Shown: positions 25,309 through 38,763, counted from the first letter of the whole stretch. The stretch: DNA of 63,899 nt, filler included, from Folioceros fuciformis (GCA_049999805.1; 5 parts of 5 records of this genome joined end to end with filler, not necessarily neighbours in it); one strand, 5' to 3'. Numbers and translations are program-made. The notes: generated by a model not told the origin, from the sequence alone.

Positions 25309-27088
25309 TCACTGCTCCAGAATGGAAGACGCTGCAGTGGGCAACTCCTCGGTGCTTCTTTCCAGTACCACCTCGTTGTTGGGCGAAGCACCATCCACCA
25401 CTGCACTTGCTCGTTTCTGTTTCTTGCCCCTCCCCAGCCAACCAGTTATGGTGGGATGAGTTGCTAACTGGATAACGACATTGCGGGCCACCTCGATGGC
25501 CTGACGAGTTGATTCTGCAGCACCTAGGACAGCGGGCTTCACCACGGCTACAGGATATCGTGCTTGTTCTTGCAACATGGCTGTCATGCGGATAAGTGTT
25601 TTATCAGGAATGACTCCACAAACTCACCCACTACAAGTTGAGAACGAAGAGAACACACCGAAGGACTCAACAACGGGGCTGTAGAGAGCATACCAAAAGT
25701 CTGGGAAGCAGCAATCACACCCATACGGCGAATTCCAATTTCAGCAGCATGGACAGCTCTAGCTGAGCTTCGTACGCCGTCTGATATCTCATGACTGCAA
25801 GCCATCAGCAGACGCAGGTTTAATCACAGTTCACCTGACTGAGTGTGCACTCCTCCATCGTCCAATGCACACTAACTAGACAACCTGCTGGACAACACTA
25901 TCTGCGTCTGCAAAAGAGAAAGACACTTCTCAACTATTGTGAACTGGGCAGAGATATAGCTGACAAGGCTGAAGTTCAACCCATTGATCTGCCGCGGTCG
26001 GAACATGAGTATAAAAGTCTAGCAAGTTAATTACCTCAAGTCATTGAGTTCCAACGTCAAGTCACTGATTTCCATCCCAGAAAGCCTGATAGCTGCCATC
26101 GTTGGAGGTAACTCCTCACGAGCAACATCCGCTAGCTTCTCCATGGCAATAGCTGCCCGCCTCATTGACTGCAAGAGAGACACACGGCTGTTCTTGCATT
26201 TTGTACAAAACAGAACCTTCAATACAGGTCACAACAGCGAACAACTAATAGCAGCAGTGCTGATCAAGCACATGAGTACACAACCTGAAAAGCCTACGAA
26301 AACAGACTTACATTCAGAGTTGGAATTGCCGTGAACAGGAGAGCGGAGAGAGCACCCGTTGTCTGCACAACACAAAGTTACCACAAGATGAGCCCAAACG
26401 ATCAGGAGGAGTTATGGCGTCGTCTGGCATCCGAGTCCGTTGAAAAGGAAGCAGTCGTCGTACTCACTGTCAGGGTCACATCAAATCGGCACCAAAACAT
26501 GGATAAATGCTGGAAACACATGATGCACGACCAAGGGAACTGCAACCATGCACTCACACCTGTAACGCATCATACCGTGCAAGCGATGAAGCCAAGCAGA
26601 AAGAAGGCTTGATCAAGAGGCCCAAGTTGAGCAAATCGCAAGGTCGAGGGGACCACGGAAGGCACTGTTTCTGTTGATGTCCCATAAACAGGTGATTGCT
26701 GTTCGAATAATCTGTCGACCTTTACAGGAGTAACACTTCCAGATTCCTGACCTGGTTGCCTCACAAGAGGACTTTTCGGTGTGGCAGTTCCTCCAAGAAA
26801 TTTTCGGGGGCTAGCTTCGCTACGAGGGACAAAAATGCAGTAGCTTGGCCGTTTTGCCTTGGGCCATCGCTTGAACTCCACTTGTCCTCTCTTTCTTTGA
26901 GATCCTATTTCCCTTGTGAGCTGGCTAAACACTGGAACCAGTTGCGTATTACTCCTACGTGACTGAGCCTTCCTACCACATTGAAAAATCACCAGCACGG
27001 AGCTGCCTCCACCACAAGGAACGAACCCGTGCCGGTGCAGCTCACAGGGAGACGACGAGGAGAGAGGCTTAAGGTAGGATATCTGCAT
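25309..27088 (-). CDS. At1g08530/At5g09995-like membrane protein with probable plastid transit peptide (multi-exon)
   Basis: Exons DQAFFLLGFIACT / SMRRAAIAMEKLADVAREELPPTMAAIRLSGMEISDLTLELNDL / SHEISDGVRSSARAVHAAEIGIRRMG / AMLQEQARYPV. Last exon boundary uncertain. Confidence 0.75.
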
Positions 27089-28257
27089 GGTCACCTGCTG
27101 CCAGATCAAATCAGTCTCATGGTTCCCACTTCTATCGCGTTCCAGCTGTGCCGCCGCTCCCAACACTAAGCACAGTACACTAGAGCTACACGGACACCGC
27201 GGCCGCAATGCCTGCAGGCTCTCCCCAAATGCTAACCGTCACCGACCCCCTCAGACTGCCTCGTCCGGCACCAATCCCCCTCTCGGCTGCAAATCTGTAT
27301 CTTATCGGATGCGTCGTATTTCGATTCTTGAACAGACAAGCAATCAAGCACCAGTCCAGTCGCGCAGCTACAAGCAAGCCCCGGAGAAGTCGGCTTCTTC
27401 CCTCCACAATTCTCACAGAATTCCCCGCCCCTGGATAGCCATCTCCCAAGAGTGCATCCAAACCGCGGCCTCCTCAAATACCTATTTCTAACCAACCGAC
27501 AGGCCGTCCCTCGGTACAATGAACCAACGGCTCCCGCGCCACACAGCCGCGCACACCTCCCTTCCCGACCGCTTCCCAATCCACACCGGCTCCGAAAAAT
27601 TGAGGCAGCCGCAGGAGGCAAGGCTTCACGGAACAAGCACGGCGCGCGGGCAGCGATTCACGATCCGATCCGCCAACGCGTCGTGAATCCGCGCCTCCCT
27701 CTCCTTCCTAGTCATGCACATCCGTTTCCACAGTGGCCGGAGTCCCGCAATTGGTGATCGCCTGCTGGTGGCGCGCGGAAGATTCCACAGGCCGGGTACG
27801 TTTCCACCGTGACCAGCTTCCAGGGCACGGTAGGCATGGAAGGCGAGGCGGGCGCACTTTCTTGTTATCAAATGGCCTCAGCCATTTCCCACGCATTTGT
27901 GAGCGATAGCCTCTCCCCGCGGGCCGCCCCGCTCGTTTGAATAGCTTTGCTTATGCGCTTTGCTTTCGCAGAATTCAACCAATTTTGCGCACGGCAAGCC
28001 GGTTGACGCCGATTGCTCCCGGCACGCGTCATCCAATTCGGGTGCAGAATATGTGGTCTCCTTGCCAATACCCGACAAGCTCACGTCACTCGTCACACGC
28101 CACCCCATATGTGTTGACGTGTTTGCGAGCCGGGCCAAGTCATCATCCGATTCTGCTGCCAACTTGCTTCCCGGACACATACATACATACCATATATATA
28201 TAGGTATGTATGTATATTACTTTATTACTATATAAATATATATATCAATCAGCTGAC

Positions 28258-28680
28258 AAATATTGTCCAGACCAGAATGACCGAGCACACTGTCCAGACC
28301 CGAATGGGCACACTATCCAAACCTGAATGAGCGTGCATATTGTCTAGACTTCAATGAGCGGGCACACTATCCAAACTTGAATGAACGTGCACACTGTCCA
28401 AACCTGAATGAGCGTGCACATTGTCCAGACTTCAATAAGCGGGCACACTGTCCAAACCTGAATGAGCAGGCACACTATGCAGACCTAAATGAGCGGGCAT
28501 AATATGCAGACCTCAATGAGCGGGCATAGTGTCCAAACCGGAATGAGGGGGCACACTATGCAGACCTGAATGAGCGTGCACACTGTCTAGACCTTACACT
28601 ATGCAGACCTGAATGAGCGTGCACACTATCTAGACCCTAACGAGTAGGCACACTCTCCATACCTAAATTAGCGGGCACAT
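28258..28680. repeat. 27-bp minisatellite, about 15 copies (GCACACTGTCCAAACCTGAATGAGCGG)
   Basis: Units at 28308, 28335 and onward with period 27; reduced to about 2 copies in the downstream repeat (~34200-34250). Confidence 0.92.
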
Positions 28681-30001
28681 AGTGATTACCAGGGTGACCC
28701 TTTCAACACACTCACTCATTGCTGCACACCTACAATCTCTTTGACGACTCATAATCTCATACGCCTGAAAGGCTTTTTGTAATGCTAAAGTAACACGATG
28801 CCTTTGGCTCTTAGACACATTTGCCATGAATGAACCCGTTGATTCCTCAACACAAGAAAGACCGCTAACATCATTGTGGTGGCAAGGCTAGCTGGCATGC
28901 CAATTGTCCCTACTAGAAACTATGAAATTAGGCTCACACCTCTCTTACCCCAAGAGATAAATACACAAGCATGGGATGCCTTGCTCCATTGCTGGCTCAG
29001 ATCCCCTTGTCTCTACCTCACACAGCCATGACTCAACAGGTACTTGACCTTGCAATCTGTCTGGTAATGCTTCTTGTTGTTCTTACTAGCTTGGTGTCTT
29101 CTAGTTTGCAGCTAGCTTGGCACCTGCATCCACCTGACATCCAGAACTGGAAATCCAGGCTTATGATCCATGACAAGTGCTAATGAAGGCAAGGTGAAGG
29201 TCCAGCACACCACTAGAATATAGGCTAGTTTGTCACCAACTGCAAATCCACACTTGCACACATGGTGAGACTATGTCAAGCTAGATGATTTGGTTGCTTG
29301 TTTGATGGCATTGTTAAGGACTGATCTTGTCTTGTCAATCTCCCGAGCTGAACATTCGTTGACCTGCTGATTGGTTGCTAAGCACATTTACAAGTCCTTG
29401 GAAAAGGCTAATGACAAATCAAAGCCTAATGATTTGTATCAATTATACCATATACACACTTGTTGGTGTTGCTCAGCAGAAATCGACTAATCTTAATGTT
29501 TGTTCACTCCTCAGGATGACAACACCACATGGGCACCTAAGATGGTCAGACTTGTTTATCCAGGAAACTCCTCTGGAATCGTGCCCTCTCCTCCATCAAA
29601 GGTCAGGACTTTCATGACTTGGTCATTCACTTTAATCGAGAAACCACAAAGGATAGCAATGTGGATGGCAATGCCCCCCAATTATTGGACATATTAATTG
29701 TGGATGAATGGCTTAAGCTGTTTTCGGCCTACCTTAGCAAACTCATTGACGGGCTTGCCAAGCTTTGCACTATCCACGAGCTACTTCCCCAAATGATCAA
29801 GAACGATGAGCTTAATACCTTTGCTATAAAAAAACTTCGACCGGACATATCCAAAACACTTGGTGCTCATTACTCTACTTGTTCTGAACTGCCTACCAAT
29901 GATACCTTTGCAGATAGTAGCTTCAACCACCTGCTTATGGCTCGAACAGTAGCACAGTCCAGACAGCTGCAAGAGTTGTTGACCAGCACTAGACATGCAT
30001 A

Positions 30002-33000
30002 GACACATGAGTCTTAGACAACTCTTCAGCAACAATCCCCGGTTCCAATCATCCCTCCTCGGGATTTGGAAGTCAAACTTGCAAAGTGGGGACACAAGTC
30101 GTGGGTTTCATCGACTAATACTTTCCTTGCTCCCTTGAGTGTTCGTTTCTGGCAAATAGTGAGATTAGTGAGACTGACCTTGATCAAATTCATGCCTATG
30201 CCTTGAATGGTAAGCTTTCTCTTAGTACTAGCATCCAAATGGTTGAAGGGAAAAGCATCAACAAATTTGATGTTATTCCAGCTTGCCCCAACCACCAACC
30301 TAAAGCAACACACTGTAAGAAGGCCTTACTCACGGGCAACAAGCGGCTTGACAAACACCTACACTTGTTGCACCTTTGGAATTGGAATACACTGTTCTTG
30401 AAATGCCTCTATCAAGACATTGGCCTTAACAAACGGGAAGGCGTCGAAAAATGCGCTGTTAGTGTCCTCTAGTTCGATTAGGCAATTTGGTACATGATGA
30501 ACCACCTTGACATGTTTTTTCCTGAGCATGATATCTTATCTCTGCGCTGGAATGCCTTCTTGTTACTGCTTAACCTGCCAGCCAACAAAACAATAGTCAG
30601 AGCCCACATCGAGTTTATGTTCATTCGAAAGTGGATGCTCAAAGCAGCAAGGAAGATGGCCCAGAATCCTAAACAGGCTCTACTCCCTAAGCCGCCCGAC
30701 TCGGAAACTGCTAAATACATTGAGATGTTGCTGAAGCCTGTAGCATTCTTTGAGGAGGTAGCAAAACTAGAATTCCAGAAGGCCAATCTACCTCACCCCT
30801 CGTACAAAAAAACTCAGGATGCTTTTGGTGCCGAGACGATCCGTGTTTCTGGAAAACGTGGGAGAAACCAGCAAAATTTGACCCCGTACGGGCGTGGCCA
30901 CCATTTCTTCTCACCACGAGGTCAGCCTCCTCTTATCCCGTCCCTCTCCCGAGGAACCAATAGCCCCAACTCCATGGTCATGGTTGCTAGCTCTGGTGGC
31001 ACAAATGATGCGAACGCTTCTAGACAGCCCTCTGTCACATCTAGCCGTACTATTCATTGTTATGACGTGACATTTGGAGGACGAGATTTGTCAAACAAAT
31101 GGTAGATTTGAATTGGGCCTATGCTTCATGATATCCTGTGTTCTTGGGTAGATCTGGAGCTGGATGCAATTGAAGAATGTGGAGTTGTGGTAGATGTTTT
31201 AGGTTTATGATCACTTGGACCATGATTCCGACAGCGAGACGCACTTGGGTTTATCCACGTGATGTATTGCAATCGATTCCTTGAATGGATTTTGATTCAC
31301 AAATTATGCACCCACATCCTTGAGCAGTGCGGCCCAGTTGTGCTCGAAGGCTTTGGTAGGGTAGTGATCGGCTGGCGCTACCTCGGCAACCTCAAAAATT
31401 TGGTGTACAAGCCTAAGCAAGTGTTTACATGCTTCCCAGTTGCAGACAAAACGTTTATGTCTGTATGCCAGTGTATGCACTTGAAACGGTTTCAACATTT
31501 TCTGGATCTCGGCATGCTGGGCTCAAAACCCACCACAAGCCAAGACTAGTTGCATGTTCAAACAACGAATTGTTCCATTGTTCATTACAAGCAGCTACAC
31601 CAGGCACTAGAGAAGGGATTGAGCCACATTCCCTTTCGCCCTACTGCACTGCAACCTGTAGTTGAATCCATTCTAGATGGATTCCTGGCGCTCATCCAGA
31701 TTTTGCGCCGACTAGGCCATCTCTTACTTGACAACTGGATTTCAAGGACATGCAAAGCCCTTACGGACTTATGCAGGAGGCAACTGAAAGCAACTACTCA
31801 GAAACATCAGTTTCAACAAATTCACGAACAAGCTACTCACAATGATGCTTGTGCCCTTGATGAGCTTTCTTGGCTTCTAGAACACCTATATGTGGCGGGA
31901 CTGAACAAAGCGGCAAACACGGCTTGCTTCGTGTGCATAGCACACCTTCGCCACCAAGCGCTTATTCAACTCTCATGTCCTAATTTTGTCACAATGGATA
32001 TTGCACCTTCCGAGTTGGTTATGCAATTACAATTCGCAATTGATAGCCGACTACCTGAAGTGGCTATCAATCTAGAGTTGTAGCTCCCCTTTCTTATGGC
32101 TACATACAATCAACATAAAGGGAAGTAGCGATGGTTGACAAATGCCCGTGATTGTTGTTTTTCTGTCATTGCGGATCTTCTAACTGCTTTCTCTAACGCT
32201 ATCTTCTTACAGCCAAAAGACTAGGCTGCTAAGAAACAAGGGGCATACACATAGTTTTTGCAAGTTGACACATCTTTGTACTGGATTGCCCAATCTACAA
32301 TCAATGTTGCCCTTAACCTACCAGCAATAGCTACAAATATCTTCGTCGATGACATTGCACGCGGCTATGAGACTATCCCTACATAGGGAACGGATGCGCT
32401 ATCAACTGCCATCTAAGCATGTACCAAGATCTTCTTTTGCCAAGTCCAAGAGGGACATAAACTCGACCACAAGCTCTTTGAGAAGTTTGAACACAACCAG
32501 GTGAAATTCTCCACCACGGGTTGGGCTACTCATGCACCTAGACACTCGGCTACAGCTACTTGGACTGAGTTTACTATTGAGAGATTATTTGAGCTACACC
32601 TTTGGCTCATGAGCTCTTGCTTTGTATAGTTTGGTGACCAGGTATAGCATCAACACTTAGTAATCCCCATGGGATTCTCGTGTAGTATTGCTTGGTGCAA
32701 CTTGTACTTCTTCCACTACAAGGCTAATTTCATCCGACGCCTGTCCGTACTAGGATGTACGGATATCATGGCTTGTTTCACCCATGCCTGTAGGTACATG
32801 GATGATCTCCGCTGGTTTAACAGCAGCCCCACGTACGGATGACTGTCCCTTTTAGATTTACCCTCTGGACATCGTGGCAATTGAGCCTAATATTGGGGCT
32901 TTCACCATGGATAGTAAAGGACAGCAAGTGGGCACTAATGCTCATTTTCTGTCATTCCAATTCCACATCTAGAATACCAATACCAGACAGTACTCCTTCC

Positions 33001-33323
33001 AGAAGTTTGATAAACGCAAAGCTCTCCCGTTTAAGGTGGCACAATTCATCCATCTCAATTCTAACCGGGCTGTCTCACAGGTGTACAAGACCATCCTTTC
33101 CTAAGTGTTCATCCTCTGATATATTTGCAGCGAGACAAATGAAACTATGAGCGAGCTAATGGACTTGGTGTTCATGTTCACAGCCAATGGCTTTAAGAAA
33201 TGTGACTTGCTAGCAACTATACACAAATTTTTGGAGCGTACTACACTGCCCTCCTTCAATGTGCCTCAGGAAGACATTATAGGGCTCTTCAAGGAGGAAC
33301 TTTTGTGTGTCAACTCATTGTGA
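30002..33323 (+). pseudogene. PLE reverse transcriptase ORF remnant
   Basis: One frame from 30002 to ~32840 with scattered stops: CQC..HVQTTNCSIV..LHQALEKGLSH; HLYVAGLNKAANTACFVC (DKA/DKG-like motif); LPFLMATYNQHK..RWL; IFVDDIARGYETIP; IPMGFSCS..CNLYFFHY; RYMDD (YMDD at 32795-32806). After a frameshift: KFDKRKALPF..NSNR..YICS..NGF. Confidence 0.85.
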
Positions 33324-35743
33324 GTTGTTGTTTACCAAAATCCCTTGAGCTACGCTCTGGTTTTGAAGTTTTGTCCTTGATGGTGCGGCATAGCTCTTCT
33401 TGCCAAGGGATTGCGAAGTGCATTCATCCTTATTCGGGAGAACGTTTCAGTTACACCGGTATGGTGGTGGGTCATACATACATACCAAAGCATCATGTAC
33501 ACTTGGTTGCCAACTAGCGGGCTGGGGCATGGCTTCAATTTTTTAAGGCCGTGTATTGATGGAATCATCGCTTCAAATTTTTTAAGGCTGTGCGTTGATG
33601 GAATTGACAGCTCCTTAGATGCTAAGAGGCTGTTGACTTACTTTGCCACCAAGTTATAGCCAGTAAGAAGTAAGAAGAACTATGTCGGGTGATGCATTCC
33701 TTGTGCAACACCCTTGTTTTTGGGATCTGTACCTCCATGATAGCTTGTCTTAACTTTTCCTCTTCTTATACCTAGAACAGCTTGGTGGTCCTTCACTCTA
33801 AGCTTGTATCCCCTCCCCCTCCTATTGATCCCCTAACCCTCTCCTTAGTTGACTGCCTCCTACCTTGGTGCCTTTGGGAAGACTGCTTACTACTACATGG
33901 CTCAGCAAGTGAGTTTGCCTGCATATTCCTTTGAAATTTATTCTACAAATTACGGGTATGTATGTATATTATTTTATTACTATAAAATAAATACATATTA
34001 CTATACAATAAATACATATCATCGAGTTGACAAATATTGTTTAGACTAGAATGAGTGGGCATATTCCTTTGAAATTTATTCTACACATTATCGTTTGGTT
34101 GGAGGAGTTGCTCTTGTCGTACATACATACATACCATAGGTATGTACGTATGTTACTTTATTACTATACAATAAATACATATAATGAACTGACAAATACT
34201 GTCTAGACCTATTGGGCACACTCTCCATACTTGAATGAGTGGGCACGCAATGATTAATAGGGTGACTTTTTCAGGTACTTACTCATTCATTGGTGCACGC
34301 CTACAATGTCTTTGATGACTCATAATCTCATATCATATGGCTAAAAGGCTTTTTGTAATGCTAAACTAACAAGATGCCTTTGGCCCTTAGACATTGATTG
34401 AAAGCCCTTACACGTTGATTGAAAGCCCACCTACATCATTGTAGTGGCAAGGCTAGCCGGCATACCAATTGTCCCTACTAGAAACCACGAAATTAGGCTC
34501 ACACCTCTCTTACCCCCCAACATATAAATACACAAGCATGGAATGCCTTGCTCCATTGCTGGCTCAGATCCCCTTGTCTCTACCTCATACTACCATGACT
34601 CAATAGGTACTTGACCTAGCAGTCTGTCTGCTAATGCTTCTTGTTGTTCTTACTCGTTGGGCATCTTCTAGTTTGCAGCTAGCTTGGCACCTAGATCCAC
34701 CTGACATCCACAACTAGAAATCTAGGCTTATGATCCCTGACAGGTGCTGATGAAGGCAAGGTGAAGGTCCAGCACACCACTAGAATGTAGGCTAGTTTGT
34801 CACCAGCTGCAACGAGCTGAACATTTCGTTGAGCTGCTGATTGATTGCTAAACACATTTGCAAGTCCTTGGAAAAGGCTAATGACAAATCTTGATGATTT
34901 GCATAAATGATAACATGTACACACACGTGTACTCATGTCCTCGCGCCATCGCGCTACATACATATTATTTAGAATGTCATTTCTTCTCCTTCGCAATAAG
35001 AAACGGTAATCATTGGGCTTGAGGATGTTCGTCCTTAGTCCCAAATCATGATTTATTTCCCCCCTACGGATAGATAGATGATTTCTCATCTTATTTTTCT
35101 AAAATAAATAAAAACTACAACGATATTTTGATAATTGACGAACTTGAACCGCCCTCGTGGAACTCGTTGGAGATAGGGAGGCACTTGCTCTAGCTCTGGG
35201 ACGCGGTCGTATGAAAAATCAATAGTGTAGTCAAGAATTTTGATAAAATACTCGTCAAGAATTTTTATGTCTTTGTACTCGAAAAACTGATGCCTCGCCC
35301 GGCGGTTTTCCCTGCGGGTTGTCTTGAGGTGGAGGAGGCCTTGTGCTTGTTGTGGCGGGGAGGTTGGAGACGGAGACCCTAGCGGAGCACCGTGGCGAGG
35401 AAAGTAGCCAGCTAGGTAGGGGCATAACTTTGGGAAAAGGTATCGTGTTCCTGTGATGTTATGTCAATGTAAAGGTAGAGAGTGGAGTTAAGAAATGTGT
35501 ACATTCGTTAGTGACCTGAAGTGGGGTTTTTTCTTTTCAGTCCGTGTCTCCCTGTCGCGGGGTCGGAGTGAGGGCCAACAGCTTTGATGATCGCCGGGGG
35601 AAATGCTGGAGGGCAGGGCAGAGCAGAGCAGAGGCTTGGTTGCCGCGGCGCTGAGATTTGAATCACGGGCTGCGGGAGGTGCATCTCTGGCGGCGGTGGC
35701 TAGCAAGTGAAGGGGTCGTGCTGGTGGTCGGGCGCATCGCACA

Positions 35744-37967
35744 ATGAGGATATTGCCTTTGTTGCCCCTGGTGGCGGTGGCCACGGTGGTGCTCTGCTTG
35801 CTGGCGTTCCAGGTGGATGGATCTATTCACGTGTATAAGGATGCCAAGTTCGTCAAAATGCCCAAGGCTGGGAACACGTACTTGTTCCACGGCGGCAGCG
35901 AGGGTCTTTACAGATCCAAGCCGAGGGAAGGGTCATCTAACGGCGTATCCAACGGCAAGTCTTACATAAGGTGCTTCCTAACTGTGCTGTGTTGTGGTGC
36001 ACTAGGCTGACATTGGTCTCTGAGGTCGCCCCTTCTTGTTGCGTGGTTTGGTAGATCGGTGTGGCCGGGTCCGGTGGAAAGGACCCTGGCAGGAGCAGGG
36101 GATTGGGCTCGTTCGTTTTGCGGAAGCTGCATGTTTGGGAGGCCGAGGCAGCTGTCCCGTGCTCGCAACGGTTATAGCTGCTGACTCACTTCGCGTTGTG
36201 TATGCTCAGATTGCGGAGTGGCCTGGAGTTCAGGAGAAGGCCGGAGATGGCTGGGACGTACAGTGCGACCGAATTCTCGACAGGGCTTGTAGAAGCAGTT
36301 ATTTTTGAGGTCGGGGACATGGATAAGATCGGGGATACCTTCGAGGTGGGCCAGCGCTCGCTTTGCTGTACTCCTGATTTGGCCAAGGAGGGGACCTGCC
36401 AGGTTGGATCCGTGATCGTGCGTCCGTCAGAGGGCTGGCCGCATGTTTCTCAGATTCACTTCGGCTCCAATAAGAATTCGACTAAATTAATGTCTGAGGA
36501 ATACATCGAGATCCCCAGGACGGGTTTCTACACCCTGTACTTCGTTGCGTGTGACAGCAAGCTGGATGGACTGGTCATTTCGGGCCAGACAGATTGGAAG
36601 AATCCTAATGGATATCTGCCTGGGAGGATGTCACCATTTCTCACCTTCTATGGTTTCATGTCAGTGGCATATGTGCTCCTGGGAGTCGTCTGGTTTTTCC
36701 AGTATGTGCGCTTCTGGAAGGATATCTTGCAGCTCCAGAATTGTATCACAGTAGTCATTGCTCTAGGCATGTGCGAGATGTCCATGTGGTACTTCGAGTA
36801 TGTCAACTTCAACATAACTGGATACCGGCCTGTTGGTATCACCTTGTGGGCTGTAACCCTCGGGGCTGTCAAAAAGACTGTTTCTCGTCTGCTCATTTTA
36901 GTGGTCTCCATGGGCTATGGGGTTGTGCGACCAACTCTTGGTGGGCTGACCTCCAAGGTCATCTTGTTGGGAGGCACATACTTTTTAGCTGCAGAGTCTT
37001 TGGATGTCGTGGAGAACGTTGGAACTATTAACGACCTGTCTGGGAAGGCTAGGCTGTTTTTAGTACTTCCTGTTGCTGTCCTGGATGCATTTTTCATTCT
37101 ATGGATCTTCACATCACTCTCAAGGACTTTGGAAAAGCTTCAGGTTTGATAGTATCACCAAGCGAGTGCACTTTGCCACAGATTGTTCAATTGTACATGA
37201 CGACACATGATGTAATTATGTCCGCGTTGCTGGGCTTGCCGTTTACATTGTTTGTCCTGTTGCAGGCGAGGAGGAGGTATGCCAAGCTTGAGTTGTATCG
37301 GAAATTCACAAATTCGCTTGCTGTTGCTGTAGTGATTGCAGTAGCCTGGATAGGGTATGAGGTAAAGATCGTCTCTTTTGTTGTCTGCTGCAATTTCCTT
37401 CCTCTGGTTCATGACTGAAAGATTTGGTGTGCTGCTGTGCAGTTGTACTTCAAAGCTACGGATCCCTACAGCCAGCGCTGGAGAAGTGCCTGGATAATCT
37501 CCGCGTTTTGGAATATTTTGACGTTTGTGCTTCTCGGTATTATCTGTGCTCTCTGGGCACCTTCTCAGAATGCAACCAGGTAAGTATTGCCCTTGCTCTC
37601 TGTGTCCCCTCTAGCTAGGGCTGAATGAAGTATTTGCAAGTACCCCTTCACTGAAAGTGTGCATCTTCTGGCTGACTCGAATGTTCTTTTACCAGTGTTT
37701 TCGAAAGCTCTGGTTGTGCTCGGACTCGCTGACAGGATGGGATGGTCGTGTGGTTGGTGGTTTCTGTGCTTCCCTAGGTATGCCTTCTCAGAGGATGTGG
37801 CTGAGGACTTCGATGAGGAGGAAGCTGTGGCATTGGCACCTACGAACTCATCGAAGGTTGCTGAGGCTGATAACTTCGGAGCCAATGGAGAGAAGAAGGA
37901 GAAAAAATCCGTCAACACTGACGTATTCAGTCTTGAGGATGATCCCGAGGAGGATAAGAGAGAGTAG
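35744..37967 (+). CDS. Lung seven-transmembrane receptor family protein (TMEM87/GPR107-like), multi-exon
   Basis: Signal peptide plus SIHVY; CCTPDLAKEGTC; WKNPNGYLPG; LQNCITVVIALGMCEM; LILVVSMGYGVVRPTLGG; KLELYRKFTNSL; LWAPSQN..RYAFS; acidic tail ending EEDKRE*. Confidence 0.93.
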
Positions 37968-38763
37968 GCAATACATTCTGCAGCTTAGTGCAACGTATAT
38001 ATTCTGCTCCGTAATCCTCTGGGAGGAACATTCTTCTATCGGCGAGTGACCATCGGAGGTGCAAGACGGTGTTCCCTCCAAATATAGGTTAAGCATTTGG
38101 GATGACGGGATCATCCGAGGTAGGGCTTTATGTTTATCCTGGTATACAGGATTGATGTCCTCGTAGAATATCTATTTTCAAGGAAGCGGGCTCCTGGATT
38201 GTCTTTGTCCCGACTAGAGGCATTGAGAAAGGTTTTGTGCTCCTTGAGGCAGTAGTGATCTATCGGATGAAGATTTCTTCCCTCGTAGTTTGTGTGACAC
38301 ACCTGTTATTCGATGTGTGCTCCCTCCCCGTCTGCTTTTCTTGCATTCTGGTTCCTTCGCCACTGGGCACTAACCTGGTTAACCCAACCATCTGTTCTCT
38401 TCGCGTCGTCCCGCATTATTGTCGGTGGGAGTGTCAGGTGAAGGCCATGGCATGAGTGATGAGCCTGGCATCCGATCCGAAATATCCACCTTTTCGTGAG
38501 GCGGGGGCAGGGGGTCAGATGATTCTTATAAGGCTAGGCAAGCGTGCGGGGACCGTCGGCCATGTGGCTTACAGTTCTCTAGGATAATGCAGCAGTTTCT
38601 TACCATTATCGTGCAGGCTGACGAACGTGATGGCGAAAATGTTGCGCCGCACATTCAGGGCGGGTCCGACATATCACATTGCGAAGTGCCATGCTAGCCT
38701 GAGTGGCTGTCCAATGCCAGACTGTTTCACCGTAGACTCATCCACGATAAATTGGCGTAGGCC

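Larger units (their letters stand above)
28177..34930 (+). mobile_element. Penelope-like retroelement (Naiad/Chlamys-type RT), degenerate, bounded by long direct repeats
   Basis: Direct repeats at ~28177-29460 and ~34121-34930 enclose a long stop-interrupted frame carrying PLE-type RT motifs (see the RT entry). Confidence 0.82.

Noticed and set aside
34745-34830. CTGATGA...GAAAC, and TTGACGA...GAAA at ~28741-28770, as possible PLE hammerhead ribozymes
   Set aside because: I could not build convincing stems I-III by eye, and the core is not conserved between the two repeat copies. A covariance-model search would be needed.
35450-35525. GTGATGT...CTGA as a possible C/D-box snoRNA upstream of the 7TM gene
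   Set aside because: Imperfect C box, weak terminal stem, and no rRNA complementarity recognised; CTGA more likely belongs to an intron branch region before TTTTCAG.
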